A DNA stretch of 61,979 nucleotides, filler included, from Choristocarpus tenellus KU-1152 (taxonomy: Eukaryota > Protista > Phaeophyceae), in the NCBI GenBank assembly GCA_964200185.2. It is 9 parts of 9 records of this genome, joined end to end, with 100 filler letters (N's around TTAATTAATTAA, not from the genome) between each part and the next. Parts side by side here need not be neighbours in the genome. Positions count along the whole stretch, not along the records: positions 35,899 to 54,369 come from CAXNAD020000548.1; 8 more parts are not named here. One strand, 5' to 3'. This document shows, piece after piece, positions 41,152 through 54,369 of this stretch (its first letter is position 1; each line of letters opens with the position of its first letter). The translations under genes and the position numbers were made by a program. A model generated the notes under the pieces. The model saw only the letters and a list, made by a program, of their open reading frames with translations, did no database searches and had not been told where the DNA came from.

Positions 41152-42226
41152 TGTGCAACTCACATAGTAGCCAAATCCTGCAACATAGGTTGCAAGAGAA
41201 TTACGTAGAAATTTGAGGAAACAAAGAGGACAATTGCACAATACTCTTTTAACGCCCTCTTGTCCCATCATCCTATATGATGACCTCGTAGCCCGGAAAC
41301 CAGCCTATCACAATAACATATATTGAATCGTGGAGTGGGATTTCTCGGTGATCTTGTGAGCTGTTGTTGTTCAGACTTGTCTGATGTGTATGTGATATAT
41401 CTTGTGCCAATGAGTTCAAGATGTGGTAAAAGTAGAGGGTCCATTATTTTGCAGTAGTAGTATTCATTGAGGTTTTCAGTTTGTTATCCGCATGTTACGC
41501 AGGAATGAAATATGTTACTGTGTATCTTGTCCAATTGTAAGCATGAAGATCATTATGTTACTTGATAACCCATCCACTGTAATTTTAGGTCAACCTAGGA
41601 GTTCTAAAACTAGTCAAGGAGTAAACATATCTTCCGAGAGCAATTGCCAGGATGCTTGCTGTTGGACATGCAACTAATCTGGCTATAGGCATGCGTGCAG
41701 ATGGGGACATCACAAGCAGGTCATGTGACAACAAAAGCACCGGGAACTGCAGAGTGAATGCAATGCCAAAGGTCTAGGTTCCTTGTCCTAGATGTTTCTT
41801 TCTTCGCCCATGCAATTGTTTTTCTGCTAGGATGCATGTGGGTGTTCCTTTCGAGGGCATGGGATGGGAGATTTTGCTATCAATTTCCCTGTCCTGACAA
41901 AGCAAGCATTTTCGTGTTTACTGGGATAACATGTCAATGCAATAATTATGGCTAAGCCCCGACCTCATCCTGCTAACTGTTTATTTGGGCCATTTACATC
42001 TGTTGTGTAATTTATATTTTGCTGTCCTTTTGTTTTTCAGGGAGGTTGTTTCCATGTTATATTGGGTATCGATCGGATATAGAAATGTTGAGCACAACAT
42101 TCAAACCTACTATCATGCTAACATATATCATGAAAAACTCGTAGTTAATGTGTTGGTCGTCCAAGCAATATAGTGACTACAATGAGTGCTACCCTGGTAC
42201 TCAGGAGTACTAGTGGATGCCATAGT

Positions 42227-42406
42227 GGCTCAAAGTATCTGGGAGGGGGAAGGGGGTCTACATGAGGGTGTCCTTTGGGGTCCTGGCCAGGAGAAGTGCG
42301 CTTACATTATCCATCTGAGGCATGCAACCCAATTCACCCAAAAACCGCTACATGGAAAAATGGGCCCCGAATGGACAGCCGCCAACCCCCCCAGATATTT
42401 TGAGCT
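42227..42406 (+). mobile_element. MITE family B
   Basis: GGCTCAAAGTATCT...AGATATTTTGAGCT; AGT (or TAGT) duplicated. Confidence 0.9.
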
Positions 42407-43416
42407 AGTTGGTCATTTTCAACCTTGCTATGCAAATTGAGTTTAGGCAATATGCAATACTGTGAAGCACAACACAGACACATAACTATATTCACGGCAT
42501 CATCGATTCTGATTTCTTTCATGTGTATAATATCAGAGATTGATAAAGACATACAGCTCAATCATTTGAAGTGTGGAGAACTTATTTCTGATGTGCTTTC
42601 AAAAAGGAGTGTGGGTATGAAATTTTTTTAAAGTATCCTTGATAGCGAAATCGAAGTATCAGGAATGAGTGTGCATTGTTGGGATGAGGGCGAATGCTGG
42701 TGCCTACAATGCACCCTTTGTGATTTTTTTTTAAGATAGTGGCAGTGCTATTAGGCATCACTCCCAACATTTCAATGTTCGAGTGTCAAACCAACCGAAA
42801 CGTGAGTTGAACACATTTGCAATATTGTCATGATATACTTCACAATGTGAAGGTGGAGAGTATTGATTTGAGGAGATTGTATCAACTATTGTGCAGGGAC
42901 AAAATCACTCATTATGTTCAGGAAAGTTGCATCTCTTGGGATTGGCATGGTTGATCTAACACATCATCCCCCAACAGTTGCACTGTGTGTTTTGTTGTCA
43001 TTTTGCATCTTCGCAGTGAAGGATCATAGGGTCTAAATGACAAGGAGTAACGCTCTAGAACTTGTAAGGTACGGTTGTGTATTCTTATTCAAGCAAGTAA
43101 TGTCTACCATCAGCATTGTCTATCACTTTTCACTAAATATTTTCAGGCTTTCTTCAACCCTTTGTTTCTACTTTGTTGCTATTAGTGTGCTTGTTTTCAT
43201 TAGCTTCACTCTTTCTACGGACGATGAGGTGGCAAACAAAAATTGTCAAACTTAAATTGAAGGGAAGTTTGACTTTGTTCACCTCCCGCCTTCTTTCCTT
43301 TTCCCCTCCACGTCATGGGATTGCATCCCTTTGGCTCACGTTTGCAGACAGGGACCTGTGCCTATGGTTTGAATTGCCACTTCAGGCTCATTCCCATGAT
43401 TATATTTATGATCTTT

Positions 43417-43593
43417 GGCTCAAAGTAACTGGGAGAGGATGACGGCTGTCCATTTGGGGCCCATTTTTCCATGTTGCTATTTTTTGGCGATTTGGTTGCA
43501 TTCGTTGGATGGATAATGTAAGTTCCCTTTTCCTTGTCGGGGCCAGATGGACACCCTGTTGTAGACCCCCCTCCACCCCAGATACTTTGAGCC
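43417..43593 (-). mobile_element. MITE family B
   Basis: GGCTCAAAGTAACT...AGATACTTTGAGCC; TTT duplicated. Confidence 0.9.
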
Positions 43594-45790
43594 TTTCAAA
43601 GTATTGTTTTCAACTCAACAGGGAGATAGAGTTTAGGGGTTTGATATCTTACTCAACTTGCGTGTGGCATTGTTGGTCAGGATCATGTTGATGCAGTTTT
43701 GCACACACAATATGCTCAATTGCACTGTGGGAGACTTTTCAATGCACCAAGAAAAACTGCTCTGGATGGTTGCTATTGCTCACCCTTGGGTTGGTTGTAA
43801 CTATCCTGCTACTAGGTACAGCACAGTCTAGTTCATACCCCCCAGTGGTGTGATCCCACATGCTGCTGATCCTCTCCGTGTACACGCTCATCGCTCTACA
43901 TCCTGAGTAAGTCTGTATCCACTTCTTCCAATTGTGACTCTTTACTCTTTGTCATATTCCTGGTCTCTTTCAGTTGCCTGCAAATCACAATGAAGTGATG
44001 CAACAGATGCCAGTTTTTCATTCCAATGCACTAAGAGAGAAGGTAGCAATTGCGATACGTATCAAGGGTGAGGTTTAGGGTTGACATCTAGTGGAGGGTG
44101 GTTGATGTGTGACAGTTGTTGTGCATTACATCAGGCATTGATACACACAATTGCACTTGGCGTTGAGGGACACTCAGAGCATGTTCAATACGATGTGGTC
44201 GTACTTTCAACTAGGTAACCCTTGGTGTTGGCTTTCAAATATATCTTGAGGCATTGCACACTCTGTGTACACGTGTTATTCTAGTTCAGGTACATAGTTG
44301 CAGTATTGAGCAGATTGCAAGAGTATGTGGGAATAACACCTATTTCCTCAACCTCAACTTCATACATGTGTTTGCTGTGTGGTCCCTGCCCCATCCACTC
44401 TTTGAAACAGAAGACGCATCACATATAGCTCCTGATATGGGGGAAAAGCTTTGGGTTGCCAAGGCATTACGGTGCTTCCCCCTACCACTTTAATATGAGG
44501 ACAGGTGTGTTAAGTGCACACAATGATACACTTTTTTTTTAATGGATTGGCGATTAGTTGTGTACCCCTGTATTTGTGGAGATTCCGATTGGAGTGGAGC
44601 ACAGTGGCATACTGTAGCTTAGAGACGGATTAACCAGGATCAAGAGCTGGTGTCAGTGAGAGTAGATGGCTACACAAAGAAGGAAATACTTGATGCCGTG
44701 ATATTGTAATGCGATTTTTGGTCTTGGACTTCACCTTGATGCCTGGCATCCTGCTACTTGAATCTCATACCCTCCATTTGATATTGGTCCAATCAGTATG
44801 GTGCTATTCAATTATACTGTTATTTCACTCATAACTATCCACCGTGTCCTCTCCACAACTTGTTCTCTCTTCTTTGTCTTGCTCACTCATTGTTAAGGAA
44901 AGTGCGCTTATTGCTCAAGATGCTAGTTTGGTCACCCTGAGCGACACATCATGCCCATGACCATCAGTCCTATCTACTCAATGCACCACATTTCCCCTTC
45001 CACTCAAAGGGATGTGCTTCGTGAAGTTGCCAGCCCTGCTGCCACCACAACACCTCCGCAAATACAGTTTGATTGGCATGAACCGCTGGAGGACAGTCAC
45101 TGGGAACTGCAGATGGGCACACATGGAGACAAGTGAGGTGGGTAGGCAACTGATTCGAGTCAGGGGGGTGAGGTAAACTCTGCAGTTTCGAATGCTTCCC
45201 CTTTTTGTTTAAATTTCACAATAGCTGTGAGAACCTAACTTGACGATGATGCTTTTGCTTCACGTTTCAATTTTTCCCTTACCATTCTTAGTGGCACAAA
45301 AAAAGTGCATTTTATAGACAGGTATGTCCCCTGTTTAATGCATGAGGGGAACAAATTTTGTGGATTGTGTGTGATACAACGAAGTTCCAAATTGTTGTTC
45401 ACCTTATCACAATCTATCTTGTACCTTTACAACTATCTGGGGAAGATAATCGAATTCATTTACGACCCTCACATAGATGGATGATTCTTACCGCACCTGC
45501 AACCAACTTCGGTAATGAGTTGAATCGACCGAGACGTACGCAGAGTTGCACTTTACGGTTGGTTGCAAATATGTGCAAAATTTTACCTTTTTTATAAATG
45601 GAAACGGGATATTTTCTGAACCTGTTGAAAAGTCTCAAGCTATAGAGAAATCAATACTCTCAAGTCAAACTAAGCACCTTATCATAGAAGTAGGGGTTAA
45701 TTGGAAAAGATTGAAAGTGGGCTAAAATGGAAGAACAAAGAATACCTGGGTAGGTCTTGTTCATTTCGGGTCGATGCGACAAGCCTTCAC

Positions 45791-45856
45791 TGGATTTTAT
45801 TATTATGCCCTCTGACATTTTGCAGATGTGTCAGGGGAAAAGCTAATGGAAACTAT
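45791..45856 (-). repeat. ~65-bp hairpin/(TAA)n dispersed micro-element
   Basis: GGATTTTATTATTATGCCCTCTGACATTTTGCAGATGTGTCAGGGGAAAAGCTAATGGAAACTA on +; TTCAC on both flanks. Confidence 0.8.
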
Positions 45857-46082
45857 TCACATGTCAGAAAAATCCCTAAAAATGTAACAGTTGTGACAAA
45901 TGTGAAAAACATGAATTTATTTGCTGTTCTACTACGATCTATGTTGTTCCACTGCCTTCCTGTGCCTCCAACCCACCTATTCCTGCACCCCAGGGTGAGG
46001 ACCTACGGAAGCATCCCAATAATCTAACAAGGCCATCCTTGCCCATCTCCCTGGTGACTCCAGCTTAAAACGCATGACCTAT

Positions 46083-47200
46083 CTAGACAGGGCCACCTGC
46101 GTTGTTACACTGTCGTAGACGAGATTTGACTCCCCCTTTCCTGCCATAGCCTCCAGTTCCTTTCCTCACTACCACCTGCGTAGCTAGATTGCCCAGGAAA
46201 TGTTCCGCTTGCTTGCCGAGGCGCACAAAACTTTCCACCGCGAAGGTGTTGAGGTTATAACTACAAGGATCAAAAGAGCCCTCGTAGTGGGTGCGCTTTC
46301 TGCCCTCAACTGCAGCAGCAGCTACACCATTGCTGGTGGATAAGTGTGGAAGGTGGGAGGTGGTCTGTACTCCAGCAAATGTAACATCTAGGAGGCCTTT
46401 GTCCTGGTAGGGGGCTGATCCTGCGTCCACGAGTGCCCCTGCCTGAAAGACTAGATCCATGTGGAGATTCCTGTCTACAGTGTTGGGCTACCGTCCTCCG
46501 TAGTACAAGGGATGCCTATCCCCTTGCCTAGTTCACTTGGATATTTCACCATAGGGGTGTGTTGTTGCATCTGTTTTCCTGCCCTGGAGCAGGTACGGGC
46601 ATGTCTGGTGTCGACATTTTTCCTCCTGCACCCAGTCACTGGGCACCAGTATGACAGGACCTTCCTCTCTCCCTAGGGATCTGCTGGCGGTGAGTTTTAA
46701 CTCTGGGCTGGCATGCCGGCTCCAGGGGTTGTGTTGAGGCCGATGCATTTGCCCCTTGTCCACACTGGCTCCGGTGGCATGCTAGGGCTAGCGAGGAGCT
46801 TTCCTTCCCCTGTTGCACCTCATTTGGTAGTTTCCGGAAGGAGTCAAAACGGATCTTGTTCAGCAGGCGAATGATCTCGTGTTGAGCCCTCCTTTTGATC
46901 CTGGTGTTATAGGCTGCCAGAACGTGAACTTCAGGGCAGGTGTGGGGGATGTTGTTCCCCACCAGGTTACCCAGTCTTGGCCAATGGTTTCCGCTAGGTC
47001 TTCTGAGGGGACGCCTGTAGAGACAAGGGTGTGGATGGAAGATCCCAAGGCCCGCATTGTGGGTCTCGAACAAACGGTTTGTGAGAAGGACTCGCCATGA
47101 AGCCCTTGGTGCCTTGCTAGGAGGGTAGGGAGAGCGGCCACTAGTGATCCTACAAATGCTGCGTGTTGGCGGTGTTTTATAGATGAAAGGCCTGTATTAC
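46083..47200 (-). mobile_element. 5'-truncated, frameshifted non-LTR retrotransposon with restriction-like endonuclease (CRE/NeSL-like)
   Basis: GLSSIKHRQHAAFVGSLVAALP (post-RT), DTRHARTCSRAG..QH (zinc knuckle), MDLVF..LLDVT..RKRTHY..FAVESFVRLG (RLE domain). Confidence 0.75.
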
Positions 47201-47968
47201 CCTGTGTGCTACATCGAATCTATGAATATCTCAACGTGACTTAACTCAATCTTGTAACCTCAACCGACCTGGAAATATTAAGAGCGATACAATATATTAA
47301 TTATTGAGTCAGAAGTACTAAGTAGAAATATATGACACCCACACAAAACGTCCAAAATACATATTTTTTGGTGGAGAATGCAGATGATTGTGTTCATATG
47401 ATCAATCAAATCCATTGTTACCTTCTGTCGTTGTCTGGGATGTTTTATTGTTCACATCACTCTACTATAATGGCTGAGGTTGTTAGTTTGGGGTCAGAAC
47501 CTTCCCCCCTCTTGAGTTTGGTCCCTGTTGGGTTCGTCGGGTTCGTGCGTTCGTGTTGTGTGGATGTTTGAACCCCTTTCTTGGCGGTTATCTTTATGAA
47601 GAGGTCCTAGAACGTTTGTCTTCACTCTTGTCCTTTGTTTTTGAGCGGTAGTGCCAGTCACTGGTCGCTAGTCACATCCCCCTCATTTGCATCTTATATA
47701 CAAACACAAATACTTTCGTCTTCTTCATTATAGTCCTTTTTGTAATACACTCATTTGCTCCTCGTCATGTAGTGTCGTGATTAGGTTGTTCCTCACACAC
47801 CCACTGACCCTCTCGGGATGGGAAACGAGCACCTCAACCACGAACGGAAAAGACGAACTGAGAATTATGATTTCCAAATTGATCTCTTGACTTGTCATTG
47901 ATTGCCTCATGCGAAATTCTCCTTGATGAGGGTAACCAATTATTACCCATTTGACAATTTCCTTACAG

Positions 47969-50900
47969 AATTCCAAGAGGAAAAACAGCGGGCGGAGAAC
48001 AAGAAAGCAAATTGATCTATTGGGCTCAAGTTCTGCTTCTTCATCTAAGATTGACCGGCGCAATGCCTTCAGGACAACAAAACGACCGTCAGAGGAAAAC
48101 AAACGGAAGAAGACATCTCCAATCGATCCTGAACGAGACCATCGGGATCCCATTTCCACGGTGAAGAGACGGAGACAGCTGGGTGAGGAAGGAGGAGGTG
48201 ATTTCGATGTTGAGGATACTACGGTTCCTGAAAAGGAACCTCAGTCCTCCCATAGAGCCGCCGAGCAGAAGAATACATTGATCAGATTCCATGGTGGGGG
48301 GATATGGCACGATAAAATAGGTCAGGCTAAAACAAAGTCTGTATCTACTCATCTCGATGATCGGAAGAGAGGCGAAGGATGGAGTCCGTCGTACGAGCAC
48401 CAGATGGACTTGGAAATCGGTATCCCATCCCCTCATGTCCCTTCACAACGACATCCATCATTTCGGCAGCATCACCAAATCTCCCACAATCACAAGGGCA
48501 TCGGGAGGGTTTCCCTTGAGGATTATCCTCCATCTATCGCATGTTCACTCCCACTGGTGTTGCAATCTCTGCCACTGCCAAGAGTAGATCCTCTGCCAAC
48601 CTCCACTGGAATGATGGGAGCAATAAGTGGCGACCCTGCCCAAATCGGAGCACCATCTCGCACATACCATTCCGATTCCACGTTCTCCAAGGAGTTTGCC
48701 CTCCACATAAGAGATGTGAGTGGGGGAATGTCTGACTCCACTTCGTCTTCCTTGAAATTGGGAGGAGATGACGTGGGTTTCATCCCTCCTACCACAACTA
48801 TGGGCACCTTAGATGGTATTCCCAGGAAACCCCTCCCCTCTCGATGGGGCACACCCTCACCAAAGGAGTCTGATGTGTGCAGCACTGTTTTTTCAATGGG
48901 TAAGGAAGAGGCTGCTGCATTGAGCAAGGTTGTGGCAGTTGACGATAGTTCTTTGGAGCTGCATTTCCAGTCAGAAGATAGGATGGGTGTAATCAAGGGT
49001 TTGGCAGTGACGTGTGAGAGAGAGGGGCTGTGTTGGAGGGGTACTGGGAAGCAAGGGGATCTGAAGTCTAGACCAAGAGGAGAATCCAGATGCACAGAAG
49101 GTTCGGAAAAGGACGTTCTGAAGCTGTTCCAGGGAGGACATCCATACCCTCAGAGGCCAACAGAACCGGTGTGAGAGAGAAGGGATAATAGTTATCAAAC
49201 TTGTGTTTGGTGTTTGGCAACATTCATATCTGTATCCATGCTTGTTTTCTTCGCCATCTTTGTGTCTGCTTTGGGTTTACTCTCTCAATATTTTGTCATA
49301 CATCACTTCTCCACAAGCTTAAGCTCCCTATTTACCTCTTCTCCACGTACATAGATACCTGGAAAATATCCTATTAATACCTAGGGCAACTTCATGCCAG
49401 ACATTCTCGTTGTTAATAGTTTGTTTCCTCAAATTTCTATGGAATACTCTTGCAACCTATGTTGCAGGATTTGGCTACTATGTGAGTTACACAAAATTGT
49501 AGACTAGTGCATGTTTGAGGCAGAGAGGGTGTAGAGCCTCAATCCTTACATCTTTCATGTTGTTCCTTCCTTAGTACAACAGCACGATATCTAGTCAATA
49601 TTGCAACTTGTATGTTTGTATGTGCCATCTACAACCCTAAATTGTTAATGAACCTCGAGAAGATCACCTCTCTCCCTCAACCCCCATTTCTCGGAGGCAC
49701 AAGCCCAATGTTAAGCTTGAAACCTTCCCCCCTTCCCTTCCTTGTTCCTTGCTGCTGCTATGGACAATACATTTCCACTAATATTCAGCCATGTACTTAC
49801 TACCTTGCGCATGGCATATGCGGCTATGGAGTCACGTGCAAGTTTGATCACCCAGTCCAAGAGAACAAACTTATCTCCTTTGAAAAGAGGAAGGTGAGCA
49901 TCTTCTGTGGCAATGGTTGAGTGGGACATACGCATTATATTAACAAGAAAAAAACATGTACGTACCTCACTAAAGACCTCACTCTTCTTGCGATTCCGAC
50001 CAAAGGATGGAGTGGATATGTAGAAAGCTGAAGTTAATCGAATTTTCTGGTGTTGTCTCTGGGGGTGCCTACATAGCTTTGTCATGGACAGCTGGCACGA
50101 ACCGTTGATTGCCAAGCCCACAAACTGGCATGCAAAGGTAGTCATGGCCACCAACACAGTCTCATCTGTGCATGCTGAGCCTTGTATTGGTTCTGGAACC
50201 TGATTGTTCTACCATTTGCTGGGAAACTGGTTTGATGTAGCTCTCTTGACACGCTCTTTGGCCGAATGTTTGTCATGTTGTTTTTAGTGTATAGGCCTGA
50301 GAAACAATGGACATTTATGTGGAAAGGTTTCTCCACCTATCTAAGTCTTTTTGCATCACTGTGGTGTTTGAGCTTGGAAGGATTTTTGCTGAGCTATAAC
50401 GTTTCTTGCACGTTGGCACCTCCTAGTGGACTGTGTGTGTTCCACTTCTTTTGTCCTCGACATACGTTTTGTTTTAGAAAAAAAATGTATTGTTCTTTTT
50501 TTGTTTTCTTGAGTGTTAATTCTCCCTTCAGTTTTGTCTCTCTATTCTTGAGTTATCTTTTCTGATTTTAGGTTCGAATGACTTTAGAAGTGGGAGTGAG
50601 ACAAAAAAAAATACCCAAAACCAAAAAACGAGTACCCGTAAACAATATTTATATGGTAGTGATTATCGCTAGACTCCAACCTGTGGGCACTTGATAGCTA
50701 TTGTAAGACACCACCTCCTCTTCCAATCCATCAATATTACTAAACATTGAATTATTGAGTAGGTGATCACGTCGGAGCTTTTGTTTTGCTCATGTTGGCT
50801 AGGGCGGCACATTTAACACCTAGAAGCTTCAACTTGTGTTGAAGGTCATAGCCTTTGAGGTGCTGTTGGTATTTGCAATCAGGGGTGGCATTCATTGAGG

Positions 50901-52216
50901 CACTGCCAACTGGTGGTGTAGTACATATGTTTTCTTCCTTGAGAGATGTTGTCCACATGCCACCATTGGGCGGATTCCATTATCACTGTGCTACCATACC
51001 TACCTAACAGGATACCTATCCAGGAGGGGGGAACATCGATTTCTGGGAAGTGTATTTGTTTATCATGTTTCTAGATTGCACAACAATTATCGTTGCTTGA
51101 GTGCTCTGATGAACTTCACAATAACATACGTTGCTGATAAAATGGAAAGGCTGTAGGCTGGCTAATTGCCTTGAAGATGTCCAGGCATCCCCATACAGCG
51201 TAGTTGTTGTAAGAAGACCCCTAAATGGACCAACTCTACAAGGTTTCTGGCTAGTACAGGCAGTCTCTAGTTTGCTTCAGAAAATGTTTTAGCCTGTGGT
51301 TTCTCTCTGATGATTGTGTATTTTACTGTCTTGGCATTTGTGGGCAAACTATGGAAGAATTTACGCAAAGTGTTGAGTGGGTAGGTGTTTTCCAAAGTTG
51401 AGATTAGAACAAAGTGCAGCGTTCAACTTGTTCTCTAAGATAATTTCTGGGGATGGTTGAGTTGGATACAGAAAATTTCAGGAGCATCATCACAACATTC
51501 CAAGGGCGTTTCTGTATGTAAGTATGTTATTCTTCACCTTGTCCATAAGGCAAGAGATGTAAGAGATAGCAATTTATACAGTAATTAGGAGGACTACGTA
51601 TGAATGTCAGGGTATCTCCATGTCGATCACACTCCTATCTCAAGTAGTAGTAGTAGTACTGCTGCACATGCACAATACGACAGTGGTCCAGTAAAGTATA
51701 TTATATTAATTTTTGAACTGTAGAACGAATAGTAGTAGTAAGTTGCTCCTCTACCCTAGTAGGCAACCCATGTACATAAATATATATATATATATATATA
51801 TATAAATACTTTCCTTGAACATACTAGTAAATATAATATAATTTACACCACTGTGCAGTAGGAAGGTGGGAAACTCGATAATAATAGACATGTAATACTC
51901 TACCTGCCACTTCTTGGATGTGTTGTGGAAATGTGGTGCCATTTGCAATCTGTTGTTGAGTTCGATTTGTCCTCTCCTTGTATCCACATGCCTGCCTTTT
52001 GTGCAATCTCTCTGATTATCCTGGCTGCTACCCCTTCCCTTCCTCTCTCTCCCTCCCTTGGGTTCTTGGGTTGTCTCGCTCCCCACCTGGGACCCCATGT
52101 GCTACCAGCTGGAGTCATGCTCAACCCTCACAGTGGGGCATCAAACCGCAAGCCTGAGCAAGTCGTCAAAGGGTAGGATACCAGGAGTGCAGTTGCTCCA
52201 CCCATCCCCTTCACTG
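47969..52216 (+). CDS. CCCH zinc-finger protein gene (exons 47969-49168, 49789-49893, 52109-52216; possible last exon 53243-53305; 5' exon not identified)
   Basis: Open 400-codon exon; phase-0 splice gives [30 protein letters not shown] (C-x8-C-x5-C-x3-H with YPxRPxEPxC leader). Confidence 0.75.
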
Positions 52217-52487
52217 GTGAGGGCGTTCTTTTGGTATTTTTTAACAATAGAAGTGAACTGTCAGGATTGATGGCACAGTAGGGGATAAGGTTTCCTGTTG
52301 AATGCACCCTCTTGATTGTGTGATTTTGACCTATACATTAAAGAAGCTGGAAGGCCTAGGTTCAGACACACACTTTACGGCATAAATGGTGTCAATGTTG
52401 GATATTTTTTCTCCCTTTCTTGGAGCAGAGTAGTTTTTGTTTCAAGGCAAGAGGGTGTTCAAATCAGGAAATTTCATTGAGTCAGCA

Positions 52488-52741
52488 GTGTGAAAGTATC
52501 TTAAAGGGTACGAGTTTTGGTCTGTCCATTTGGGTCTTGGCTTATCTCGAGGTTTTTATGACATTTTCCTACTCCAAAATGTTTCGGAGTAGGTAAAATT
52601 TTTTACGTTATGAAAAGGTGTCCGGAATAAGGATATTGACACTTCCTAACAAACACGATAGCCAAGATTACATCAAAATCATAACATTGGATTTTGGCCT
52701 CTTAAATGGACGCAGCTCTACCCTCTAAGATACTTTGACTC
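52488..52741 (-). mobile_element. MITE family A, no TSD, at a deletion junction
   Basis: Family A TIRs; stands in place of ~270 bp present in the paralogue (~39390-39660). Confidence 0.88.
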
Positions 52742-54257
52742 AAAGGATTACTTTCACTGCAGTATGTGCATATAGATAGTACTCTTTCAAATCATCTCTA
52801 GACTTTCTTGGTTCAAAGTAGAAAATATAGGAATGTATATGCAGTGGAATGTCAAGAGGAATGCTATATGCGTGGATTTTTTTTTCAATTTACATATTTA
52901 CAGTTGAGGCATTTGATCCATGATGATTGAGTGCATAATGTAAAAGTACATCTTGAGATCAACACCTTAGCCACCCTAACACTAAACACATGGTGATGTA
53001 CTAGTAATAAATTTTAATTTTTATTGGTCTAGAATAATAAATTAAAAAATACATGGAAATATCAATATATACATATGTGTGTGTGTGTGTGTTACGTGTT
53101 TAGTACTTACAGTAGTACTATAGGTACAATATTCAAGTAGAGTGAATGTGAATAGGGAGGCATGGCCATGACGTGGGCGGCCTACATTTCCCAAAAAATA
53201 TATCCTGGTCTGCCATAAATAAAATGTCTTCGTATGGCAGAGTCCATGGCCATCACTACTCAACGTGACTGGGGCTTCCGACCGGCCATGTACAACGAAG
53301 TTTGACATGATTGAGTCAACAGCCATCAACCACATCAACATGAACAAATTGCTAACAGTGAACATGCCAAGTGACCTGGCCCAGTGAGAAACCCTGGAAA
53401 AAATGGGTGTAGTCTGTCTTGTGGGATCATGCGTGCCACATTTTCCTTGCACTTTTGATGTGAACAGTGCATACTCAGCACGCATTGGGCTGTGAAGGAT
53501 GTGTAGTTGTGAGCGCTGCTTATTCAGTTGATGAAAATGCTATTTTGGCAGGACACTCCCCACCCGTTGATGTGGGCATTATCGAGCGAAACCGTACATG
53601 GCAGCAATTTTGACCCTTTTTTTACATACACAGCTTTTGCTTGAACCTTGGTCAATATGCAACATGTACATGCCTGAAATGTGTTTAACCCCCTCTAGGA
53701 GGATTTGACTAGATAATGTTGGCGGTGAACATATTGCTAGCCAGAGTGCCCTCCACAATGCTCAAATAGATGTACCACAAGGCAGTCATGGGGGCCCTTG
53801 AACCTCAGGGACACTCCATCTTGGATGGTTAAACTGATTACCATTGTTTGCATCCTTTGTTCCACAACATGGATAGTCTGATCTATACAGACCTGTGTCA
53901 AAAAGCTAAGTCATACGCAAAAAGGAAACAGACGTAATAAACTATGAAATATAGAAAAATAAAATATCCTGTATATCTCTAAATTCCTGACTTTCTGATG
54001 CTAGGGATGCCAAGGTTGATTGGCGTATGAAGGGCATACTGCACTGCAATGGCCTCCTTCTGTAGTTGGTTAGGTATTATAGCATGAAGTCATTTCTATT
54101 TTTTGAGAAGCGATTTTGTACAAGGTAGCTACTAAATAAAATCGGCTAAATATGCATTTTGATCATTTCTAATCATAATCTCAGTTCTCTGACTGTATGA
54201 TTCTAGAGCTTCAATGTATGGCATTTTGGTGTTACTGAGGTAAACACCTTGGCATAT

Positions 54258-54369
54258 GGCTCAAAGTATCTGGGAGGAGGGGGGAGTCTACACTAGGGTG
54301 TCTATTTGGGCCATGACCAGGAAAAGGGCCCTTACATTATCAATCTGGTGTATGCAACCAAATCACCCA
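54258..54369 (+). mobile_element. MITE family B, truncated by contig end
   Basis: GGCTCAAAGTATCTGGGAGG...GTCTACACTAGGGTGTCTATTTGGG. Confidence 0.85.

Larger units (their letters stand above)
36130..41225. pseudogene. Disrupted paralogue of the CCCH zinc-finger gene: large exon on + (36724-~37872, frameshifted), later exons inverted on - (zinc-finger exon 40602-40498)
   Basis: 36130-38130 is a direct repeat of 47430-49420; 38140-41225 is the reverse complement of 49420-49925 plus ~51990-53780. Confidence 0.85.

Noticed and set aside
37329-49095. Antisense ORFs of 156 aa (37329-37799) and 190 aa (48523-49095)
   Set aside because: Shadows of the plus-strand exon, which is the frame that splices to the CCCH finger.
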